NCBI GenBank assembly: GCA_963675495.1
Contig: OY776215.1
Span: 992,001 to 1,056,000 of the forward strand
Direction of reading: 5' to 3'
DNA length: 64,000 bases
Source: an uncultured Methanolobus sp.
Lineage (GTDB): Archaea > Halobacteriota > Methanosarcinia > Methanosarcinales > Methanosarcinaceae
Shown piece after piece: positions 45,067-52,971 of the stretch. How positions within the stretch are numbered: the first letter of the stretch is position 1; each line of letters opens with the position of its first letter. The position numbers and the translations under genes were made by a program. Below the pieces are notes generated by a model, which saw nothing but the letters and a program-made list of their open reading frames with translations, did no database searches and was not told the DNA's origin.

Positions 45067-45810
45067 CTATGACTTGTTGGTTTTACCACATACACTGCAA
45101 TCAGGTCTTCTGGATACCTTCAGAGTTTCCATCTCCGAATGAAGACCATTCCAGATTAGAAGCCTGTTTGTCAGAAGGCTGCCAGTACCTACCAGATACT
45201 TGATTACCTCATTGACCTGTATCATAGCGATTATACCAGGGGTCACGCCAACAACCGGAAACACTTCGGTTGGCGGAGGTGAAGGAAAAACACAGTTAAA
45301 GCATGCACTTTCCCCGGGGATGATAGACATGGCCTGTCCGTCAAAACCACTTATTGCCCCATGAATAAGTGGAATACCTTTTTCGTGGGCGACCTGATTG
45401 AGAAGATAACGGACATGGTAATTATCCATGGCATCAACTATGATGTCCGCGTCTCCTACAAGCTCCCTGATATTTGATTCATCTATTGTCAGATGAAATG
45501 TTTCCACATCAATGTGAGGATTGGCTTCCTGTAGCTTGTTTCCAACAGATGATACCTTTGCTCTGCCGACGTCTGTTTCCCAATGCAATACCTGCCGGTT
45601 AAGATTGCTTAGTTCCACGGAATCGCGGTCTGCAATTCTCAGGTTCCCCACGCCTGCAACTGCAAGATAAAGTGCAATTGGACATCCAAGTCCTCCTGCA
45701 CCTGCAATGAAAACCTTTGCATCTTTTAAGCGCTTCTGGCCATCCTCACCAAAAAGCATTATCTGCCTGTTGTAACGTTCAAGCTCTTCCTTGCTTAACA
45801 TGATACACAT
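45067..45810 (-). CDS. HesA/MoeB/ThiF (E1-like) adenylyltransferase
   Basis: RYNRQ, GAGGLG, SNLNRQ; Zn-binding CxxC pairs. Confidence 0.92.
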   Translation of the reverse strand: MCIMLSKEELERYNRQIMLFGEDGQKRLKDAKVFIAGAGGLGCPIALYLAVAGVGNLRIADRDSVELSNLNRQVLHWETDVGRAKVSSVGNKLQEANPHIDVETFHLTIDESNIRELVGDADIIVDAMDNYHVRYLLNQVAHEKGIPLIHGAISGFDGQAMSIIPGESACFNCVFPSPPPTEVFPVVGVTPGIIAMIQVNEVIKYLVGTGSLLTNRLLIWNGLHSEMETLKVSRRPDCSVCGKTNKS

Positions 45811-45841
45811 TCCTCAAATCTAATAATAAAGGAGAAGGAAA

Positions 45842-47215
45842 TCAGAGATTACCCTTGTTGACCTTTATTTCATACTTTTCTGCAATTTCCTGAAGTGAGT
45901 CTGCAAGATAGTTTACCTTTTCCCATGAAAGACCATAGGTACTTAGCTTCCATGCACGAGTTGCACCAGCAAATTCTCCCACTATTCCTTTCTTTGAGAG
46001 TTCATCGGAGAAGAAGAAACCTCTTCTTTTGTGGCTGTTTGCAACAACATCAAAGCTTCCGGTAGTGTCAACCTTTGAAAGTGCGTGCTTTCGGGGGTAC
46101 TCAGATAATACTGTACTTCCTTCTATTTCAAGCAACTTATCCATGAGGAAATTAGATTTCTTCACTTCCTCTTCCCAGTTCTGTGTACGTTCCTTAACAG
46201 CGGGGAAAGAAGCTATCATTGCCATCAAAGTTGAACCCATGAGGGTACATCCAAGCATCTCGACCTCTTTCACCCCGAATTTGCGATTGGTCAGGTCACC
46301 TGTCATCTGGGTTGTCCTGAATACTACATCAGCCCATTCATCGGTAGTTGCAAGGACACCTGATGGTGCAGGGGATGCCATACTCTTGTGACCGGAGCCG
46401 ACTATGAAGTCTGCACCGATTCTTTTTCCATCCACGGGCATCACACCTACTGTGTACGCTCCATTGTAAAGGTAGGGAATATCATACTGCCAGGCAATTT
46501 TTCCAATTCCTCTGACATCATGCTCATTGGCAAGCTGATAGTCGAAATGGTCCATCATGATAAGTGCTGGAACCTTTCCAGTCTCAGCAGTAACCTCCTC
46601 GATCTTATCTGCTACCGCATCGCCTGTTATGATATTATCCTCATTGAGAGGAACTTCCTTAACAACACCACCTGCCCCTTCAACCGCAAGGAACTCAGTG
46701 TAGTGTGCCAGCGAAGAGACAATAACAGGATCACCGGGTTTCACAATACTGGAAGTAACTGCCTGAAATCCCCTTCTTGCTCCCGGCACTACACGGGCTG
46801 TACCCATGTTAAGGAAAGCTGCAAGCTCCTGATGGAAGTCAGCAATTGGCGGCTTGGATATCTTGTCAAGTCTGAAGGGCTTACGGCAACTGTCACAGGT
46901 AGAGTATCCGTCCCCATATGCAATGAGTGCCTTGCGAGCCTCGGGGGTTAGTCTTCCTGCTGCCTGTATGGGTTGGATGTTTACGTATTCTTCCTCACGG
47001 CTTCGAATACCCAGTGTCCCACCGATCTTAGTGACCTCAGGAACGCCGGTTCCAGCTTCCAGATCGTCTATTACCGACCTGATATGCCGTATCTGATCGT
47101 TGAACCCATCCATGTCTGCAGGACCAGTTGAACCTGGTAAGGACTGGCGCAGCGTCTCACGGATGTCTTCAAGGGCAAATAGCGCTTCAAATGTTTTCTG
47201 TGCTCTGATATCCAT
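45842..47215 (-). CDS. pscS: Sep-tRNA:Cys-tRNA synthase with ~70-aa N-terminal extension
   Basis: IQAAGRLT, GDGYSTCDSC, GSGHKS (PLP Lys), MLGCT motifs. Confidence 0.92.
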   Translation of the reverse strand: MDIRAQKTFEALFALEDIRETLRQSLPGSTGPADMDGFNDQIRHIRSVIDDLEAGTGVPEVTKIGGTLGIRSREEEYVNIQPIQAAGRLTPEARKALIAYGDGYSTCDSCRKPFRLDKISKPPIADFHQELAAFLNMGTARVVPGARRGFQAVTSSIVKPGDPVIVSSLAHYTEFLAVEGAGGVVKEVPLNEDNIITGDAVADKIEEVTAETGKVPALIMMDHFDYQLANEHDVRGIGKIAWQYDIPYLYNGAYTVGVMPVDGKRIGADFIVGSGHKSMASPAPSGVLATTDEWADVVFRTTQMTGDLTNRKFGVKEVEMLGCTLMGSTLMAMIASFPAVKERTQNWEEEVKKSNFLMDKLLEIEGSTVLSEYPRKHALSKVDTTGSFDVVANSHKRRGFFFSDELSKKGIVGEFAGATRAWKLSTYGLSWEKVNYLADSLQEIAEKYEIKVNKGNL

Positions 47216-47304
47216 AGGAATACCTCTTGACGCATCCTGACTGTCAATGAATAAATGTCACCGTTCGACTAAATACGTCATTAATATCATGAATTTTAAA
47301 TTAA

Positions 47305-47423
47305 TTCACGATTGTGAATTGATAGTTAACAATTGTGAATATATAAAACTATTGCATAAATGAAAAGTCCAAACTAAGAAGAGAAAAGACTTTTAAGACT
47401 TAGACCTTATTCACAATTGTGAG
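47305..47423. promoter_or_regulatory. Three palindromic operator copies in the pscS/HTH divergent promoter
   Basis: TTCACGATTGTGAA 47305-47318, TTAACAATTGTGAA 47326-47339, TTCACAATTGTGAG 47410-47423. Confidence 0.8.
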
Positions 47424-47471
47424 TAAGCTCCATTAAAAATAATCAATTTAAATCAAGAGGAAATCAATATC

Positions 47472-47777
47472 ATGAAATTACCCTGTCAGATGATTGTCTG
47501 GGATGTTCTACCAGCCATCAGAGCAGCAATTGCAGAAGAACTTGTTAACTGCGGACTTTCTCAGCAGGAAGTCGCCAGAGAGCTGGACATGGCACCTTCG
47601 GCCGTCTCGCAATACCTTTCCAAGAAAAGAGGTTACCGCATAGTATTTGATGAAAATGTCAAAGAATCCATACGCATTCTTGCTGATGATATGAAAGAGA
47701 ATCGCGTTGATGACCTTGCAGATAGAATCTGCAGTATTTGCCGGCAATTGCGTGAAGATGACCAGCAATGCAAATGA
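47472..47777 (+). CDS. Small HTH transcriptional regulator (COG2522-like) with Cys motifs
   Basis: LPC..VW.VLPAIRA, SQQEVA..L...PSAVSQYL..KRG, CSIC. Confidence 0.85.
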   Translation: MKLPCQMIVWDVLPAIRAAIAEELVNCGLSQQEVARELDMAPSAVSQYLSKKRGYRIVFDENVKESIRILADDMKENRVDDLADRICSICRQLREDDQQCK

Positions 47778-47825
47778 ATTAGTAAGATTCTTCGCTACTT
47801 GTGATGCTTACCCGGATGATCTTAA

Positions 47826-49010
47826 ATGCTAAACGTAAAGAGGATAAGAAACGATTTTCCAATCCTTGCGGACATTTCCTATATGGATAATGCAGCAACC
47901 AGCCTTTCCCCTGAACAGGTAATCAGTTCCACAAACGATTTTGAAAGACACTATCGCGCCAATGTTGGAAGAGGAGTGCATCGTCTTACAAATGTAGCCT
48001 CACAGAGATATTGGCACGCGCACGAAAAAATTGCCAGATTCATTGACGGGGAACATGGTACAATCGTTCTTACTAAAAACACAACAGAAGCCATCAATAT
48101 GGTTGCCTGTGGGACAAAGTGGAATAAAGGAGACAACGTGGTCACCACTATCCTTGAACATCACTCTAATTTTCTTCCGTGGATGCGTTTGCATAATAGA
48201 GGCGTAGATATTTCAGTAGTAAGAGCGGACCTTTATGGTTCATTTAGCATTGGAGACTTTGAAGCCACCATTAATGAGAACACAAAAATTGTTGCAGTTA
48301 CCCATGCTTCAAATGTACTTGGAAACCTGCTGCCAATGAAAGAGATATCCGCCATCTGTAAGGATTACGGAGCGAAACTGCTTATAGACGGAGCGCAATC
48401 CGTCCCACACATCCCTGTCAATGTGAAAGAACTAGGCTGTGATTATCTCTGCTTTTCAGGTCATAAGATGCTAGGACCCACCGGTACAGGAATACTGTGG
48501 ATGAAAGAGCCAGATATTCAGCCACTTATGCTTGGTGGCGGTATGATAGGAAGAGTATCGTCCAATGATTACACTCTTGCTGAAGATTATCAGAAGTATG
48601 AAGCGGGAACCCCCAATATATCGGGCATGATAGGACTTGCACGAGCTGTTGATTATCTTGAAGATATCGGAATGCAGAATGTAAGAGAACATGAGGAATA
48701 CCTGACGAAAAAACTGCTTGAAGGACTTCAAGATATCAGTGATGTAACTGTTTACGGACCTGAAGCCAACCACGAAAGAATAGGAGTAGTATCCTTCAAT
48801 ATCGAAGGAATGCACCCTCATGAAGTAGCACATATCCTTGATGAAGGAGCAGCCATAATGGCCAGGTCAGGAGAACATTGCTGTCAGCCCCTGATGGAGT
48901 ATCTGGGACTGGAGAATGGCACTGTAAGGGCAAGCCTCTACCTGTACAACACCGAAGAAGAAGTTGACCTTCTGATAGCTACAATGGAAGAAATGACAAG
49001 GAGATTATGA
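47826..49010 (+). CDS. sufS: SufS-type (class II) cysteine desulfurase
   Basis: DNAATS, EHHSN, SGHKM, RSGEHC motifs. Confidence 0.9.
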   Translation: MLNVKRIRNDFPILADISYMDNAATSLSPEQVISSTNDFERHYRANVGRGVHRLTNVASQRYWHAHEKIARFIDGEHGTIVLTKNTTEAINMVACGTKWNKGDNVVTTILEHHSNFLPWMRLHNRGVDISVVRADLYGSFSIGDFEATINENTKIVAVTHASNVLGNLLPMKEISAICKDYGAKLLIDGAQSVPHIPVNVKELGCDYLCFSGHKMLGPTGTGILWMKEPDIQPLMLGGGMIGRVSSNDYTLAEDYQKYEAGTPNISGMIGLARAVDYLEDIGMQNVREHEEYLTKKLLEGLQDISDVTVYGPEANHERIGVVSFNIEGMHPHEVAHILDEGAAIMARSGEHCCQPLMEYLGLENGTVRASLYLYNTEEEVDLLIATMEEMTRRL

Positions 49011-49814
49011 ATGTACAGGGAAGTCGATTGCATAAAAGGAGATGATGATTCCTTTGAACTGGAAATGCATCCAGTTATAGAAGAGATGCCACTTGCTGTT
49101 ACAGTGAATGGGAGGCATGCCCTTACAGCAATGATAAGTCCTGACCTGCTCCGGGAATTCATCCTTGGTTTTCTTTTCACGGAAGGCATAATCAAGGACA
49201 TATACGAGGTCGAGTCCATAAGGATAGAAGACAGTAATGCCAGTGTACTGTCGAAAAATCCTTTCAAGATACTTGCATCAAAGAAAACAGTCCTCAGTGG
49301 TTGTGGGGGATCGATGTCTTATCTTGATATTGTCAAGCTTCCTGAAATAAATTCAAGCCTTCGCCTTGATTCTGAAACTATACGTGATTCTGTGAAAGAA
49401 GCTCTTGATTCAAAGCTTCACGTACTTACAGGAGGTATACATGTAGTCGGACTGTACAATGCCAGCGGAAAAGTGTGCGTTGTTGAGGACATAGGCAGGC
49501 ACAATGCGCTTGACAAGATAATTGGATATGCACTTGAGAACGACATCGACCTATCCAGCACATACATCATCTGTTCCGGCAGGATATCATCGGAAATGGT
49601 GAGAAAATGTCTGACTGCAAATATACCTGTTGTCGTTTCAAGAGGAGCAACTACTACACTTGCCATAGATATAGCAAAATCCCGTGGTCTTACCATTGTA
49701 GGTTTTGTGCGGAGCAAAAAAATGAATGTTTACTCATGGGGAAACAGAATAACAGATATACCTTCTCCAGTTTCCGAATCTCTGGTGGATGCAGCACAGA
49801 ACAAAACAGAATAA
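49011..49814 (+). CDS. fdhD: FdhD sulfurtransferase
   Basis: GFLFTEG, SGCGG, TGGIH, EDIGRHNALDK, SGRISSEM motifs. Confidence 0.93.
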   Translation: MYREVDCIKGDDDSFELEMHPVIEEMPLAVTVNGRHALTAMISPDLLREFILGFLFTEGIIKDIYEVESIRIEDSNASVLSKNPFKILASKKTVLSGCGGSMSYLDIVKLPEINSSLRLDSETIRDSVKEALDSKLHVLTGGIHVVGLYNASGKVCVVEDIGRHNALDKIIGYALENDIDLSSTYIICSGRISSEMVRKCLTANIPVVVSRGATTTLAIDIAKSRGLTIVGFVRSKKMNVYSWGNRITDIPSPVSESLVDAAQNKTE

Positions 49815-49826
49815 AATATCCCTCGG

Positions 49827-50021
49827 TCAGCCACCGAATACAACCTGCATTATACGAATATCATCACAGTTATTGAGTACAGTATCCACAGGAATGATAT
49901 GCCCATCCCTTGACACAAGCACTTCTCCCTGGCTGATCTTCAGCCCACGCAGCAACTCTTCAACAGTAATTGGTCCTAAATTCATTTCTCCGGTTTTACC
50001 GGATGGTAATTTTACTTTCAT
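49827..50021 (-). CDS. ThiS/MoaD/SAMP ubiquitin-like sulfur carrier
   Basis: 64 aa, beta-grasp pattern, C-terminal GG. Confidence 0.88.
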   Translation of the reverse strand: MKVKLPSGKTGEMNLGPITVEELLRGLKISQGEVLVSRDGHIIPVDTVLNNCDDIRIMQVVFGG

Positions 50022-50088
50022 GGTTCTGCCTGAATAAGTGATAATAATAAAATGAGGAATTTAGACTTTCAGATTAGTACGTTTTTTA

Positions 50089-50180
50089 GCAGGAGTCATG
50101 ATAACTCCTGCAATAAAGGTCGAGAAGACCACAACCCAAGGCCCGGATTCAAGCTGTGATGAATGGTTCCGGAACCTTGG
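50089..50180 (-). ncRNA. Putative structured leader/sRNA (three hairpins) upstream of the SAMP gene
   Basis: CCAAGG/CCTTGG enclosing CCGGA/TCCGG and TTCA/TGAA; GGTC/GACC; GCAGGAGT/ACTCCTGC. Confidence 0.45.
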
Positions 50181-50192
50181 AGAACGTTTTTC

Positions 50193-50206
50193 TTCACAAT
50201 TGTGAA
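50193..50206. promoter_or_regulatory. Perfect palindromic operator TTCACAATTGTGAA
   Basis: Just downstream of a minus-strand TATA-like CTTATAAT (~50212-50219). Confidence 0.8.
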
Positions 50207-50441
50207 TATGTATTATAAGCACCTGTAATATTTAAGACTTTTGTTCGTGAGAGTACAAACTGTTATTACGAGCATATTCTTATAAAAGGGAAAAGAAAAA
50301 GATAACAAAACTCATAAACCGGCAATATAATTCTGTTTTCGCGGGTAGAAATACCATTTCTCACATCATATTTCTTACATAGTCAGACAAAAAAAACTTC
50401 GTAATAAATTACTTATTCACACATTTGAAATAAGACACTGT

Positions 50442-51815
50442 TTATGCATTTATTGCCTTTATTCTGGTTACCCCAAGTTTGTTTACTTCTTTTTTCATTA
50501 GAACCACTGCCACAATAAATCCAAGGAAATCAGATACCGGGAATGATAGCCATATACCTGTCACACCCATGAACAATGGCAGTACCAGTAAAAGAGGTGG
50601 CAGGAAAAACACCTGCCTTGAAAGTGTAACTATCAATGCTTGTTTTGATTTACCCATAGACTGGAGCAGGGCCGTAGCCACTACCTGACTTCCTATGAAA
50701 GGCATCATGAGGAAGCTTATTTTTATTGCCGGTACTCCCATAGCTAACAGCTCAGAATCATTACTGAAAACCCTGAATATCTGCTCTGGAATAAGGAAGA
50801 CAACAATGACACTAATTATGCATATGCCAAATGCAATGTAATTTGAAAGTGAGACCGCTTCCCTGACCCTCCCAAAATCATTAGCACCGTAATTGAAACC
50901 GAATATGGGCAGTATTCCATGCTTGATACCTATAAGTGGCATCAGGAAAATCATGAACACTTTGATAATAATACCAAATACAGCTATAGCCACATCCCCT
51001 CCATACACAAGGAGACTCTGGTTCAAAAGAATAAAGACCAGACTTTCCACTGAATTGAAAATGAATTCGGACATGCCTATGCCTATAGTTTCCTGGGAAA
51101 TGGCAAGATCCGGTGTCATATATTCCGGTTTAAACGCCACCATGTTAATGTTGCCCCTATAATAGTGAATTATCATCACACAGCCAATAATCTGAGATAT
51201 GACTGTTGCAACTGCAGCCCCTATAATTCCCATGTTGAACTCAAAGATAAAGATCGGGTCTAGTATTATATTCACAACACTTGAGACTAGCATGACAGAC
51301 ATCGCAAACTTTGCATGGCCCTCTGCTCTTATGGCGTTGCTCATGGCTGCAGAAAAAGCAAAAAATATGGTTCCTATGAGAATATACTTCGTATAATCCC
51401 TTGCAAAGGGTAGTACACTCTCAGAAGCACCAAATAACCTTAACATTGGATCAATGAATAATAATCCCAAGACTGTAAAGATCACACTTGCTATAATTAC
51501 CAGAGTGACCATATTAGCCAGAGTTCTCTCAGCCTTGTCTGAATCACCCATTCCCAGAGCTCTCGAGATGACAGACGCACCTCCAATGCCTATTCCCATG
51601 GCTATTGCCATCATAAGCATCTGTATAGGAAACGCAACAGAGATTCCCGCTATTCCAAGAGCACTGTCAGCGCCCAGTCCCCTGCCCACAAATATGGTGT
51701 CCACGAGATTATAGAATGCCTGTACAAGCAATCCTATAATTGCAGGTGTTGAAAGCTTGAAGATGAGTTTCCTTATACTCTCGGTTGCAAGCATATCGTA
51801 TCTTTCGTGTTTCAT
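50442..51815 (-). CDS. MATE family efflux transporter (MepA-like)
   Basis: YNLVDTIFVG, NIILDPIFI, FNYGA; multiple TM helices. Confidence 0.93.
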   Translation of the reverse strand: MKHERYDMLATESIRKLIFKLSTPAIIGLLVQAFYNLVDTIFVGRGLGADSALGIAGISVAFPIQMLMMAIAMGIGIGGASVISRALGMGDSDKAERTLANMVTLVIIASVIFTVLGLLFIDPMLRLFGASESVLPFARDYTKYILIGTIFFAFSAAMSNAIRAEGHAKFAMSVMLVSSVVNIILDPIFIFEFNMGIIGAAVATVISQIIGCVMIIHYYRGNINMVAFKPEYMTPDLAISQETIGIGMSEFIFNSVESLVFILLNQSLLVYGGDVAIAVFGIIIKVFMIFLMPLIGIKHGILPIFGFNYGANDFGRVREAVSLSNYIAFGICIISVIVVFLIPEQIFRVFSNDSELLAMGVPAIKISFLMMPFIGSQVVATALLQSMGKSKQALIVTLSRQVFFLPPLLLVLPLFMGVTGIWLSFPVSDFLGFIVAVVLMKKEVNKLGVTRIKAINA

Positions 51816-52016
51816 ACAATGGACATCCTGATGGGGAGGTGGGTAAGAGCACCTTGAATGAGTTTGCCGTATTTAATCATTTGCAAACTCTAAGCAAACA
51901 AAGGACATTAAACTTGGCACCCCAATCAATATTAAAATCAAATTTTAAACCAACATCCTATACAACACTATATTTATCTCCAATGAGAAACATGCAAATC
52001 CTTATACTCAAATAAT

Positions 52017-52088
52017 GGACCTGTAGTGTAGTGGATATCACTTTAGCCTCCGGAGCTTAGAACCCGGGTTCGATTCCCGGCAGGTTCG
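52017..52088 (+). tRNA. tRNA-Arg(CCG), no encoded CCA
   Basis: GGACCTG/CAGGTTC acceptor, CT-CCG-GA loop, CCGGG-TTCGATT-CCCGG T arm. Confidence 0.93.
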
Positions 52089-52200
52089 TCAACATTTTTG
52101 CTATTGAGATTCTTTTTATCTTTATATAAGAATTGAGCCACCTCTCATCTTTATATACATACAGAACCAAATTATTTCATCAATAATTGAGGTGGGAGTT

Positions 52201-52698
52201 ATGAAAACATTAGTAACATATATGTCACAGACAGGGAATACAAAAAAACTGGCAGAAGCAATTTTTACTGAAATTGCTGGTGAAAAGGATATAAAAGACA
52301 TTAAGGATGCAAGCAATTTTGAAGGCTATGATCTTGTATTTGTAGGATTTCCGGTAATTCAATTCACAATTCCACCGAATATTTCCAAATTTGTTTCAGA
52401 GAATGTGGATGATAAGAACATAGCATTCTTCATGACCCATGGTGTTCCTGATGGATTTGAAGCCATTAAATCATGGACAGGATCAATAAAGGATATAGCA
52501 GCCAGTGGTAATTTACTTGGTACATTTGAATGTCAGGGTGAGATTGCACAGAACGTTCTTGATATGCTCGAAAAGTCCGATGATCCTGAAATGAAGGCCT
52601 TTGCCAAGTTGGGTCCTGGCGCAAAAGGACAGCCTGATGAAGCCCATGTTCAGAAAGTAAAGGACTTTGCAAAGGAAATTCAGTCAAAGGTCCAGTAA
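52201..52698 (+). CDS. Flavodoxin family protein
   Basis: SQTGNTKKLAEAI FMN loop; F.CQG. Confidence 0.9.
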   Translation: MKTLVTYMSQTGNTKKLAEAIFTEIAGEKDIKDIKDASNFEGYDLVFVGFPVIQFTIPPNISKFVSENVDDKNIAFFMTHGVPDGFEAIKSWTGSIKDIAASGNLLGTFECQGEIAQNVLDMLEKSDDPEMKAFAKLGPGAKGQPDEAHVQKVKDFAKEIQSKVQ

Positions 52699-52971
52699 AG
52701 AGTTACTAATGGTTGTATCCGGGCTAAAGCAAAACTGAATACTACTGCTTAACATCTGATCAGCCAATTCCAAAGTAAATATTAAAAAATGAAAGGCAAT
52801 AGAAGCCTTTTATTCTCTTTTTTTTAAGAAATTGTGTAACAGTATAGGCTCCCCGGAGATTATCCACCTATTATAGTTATTATAATAACAACCGACATAA
52901 TGTCCACAACATTCTTTTAATATTATAATAATATTGGATTATATATTCATACAAACGTCGGAAAAGCAACG

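Noticed and set aside
50098-50205. 35-codon plus-strand ORF over the structured leader
   Set aside because: SD spacing is only 2 nt, there is no evident promoter, and the operator/TATA orientation favours the minus strand
50416-50429. TTCACACATTTGAA as a sixth operator copy
   Set aside because: Three mismatches, and it lies at the 3' end of the MATE gene rather than beside an evident promoter
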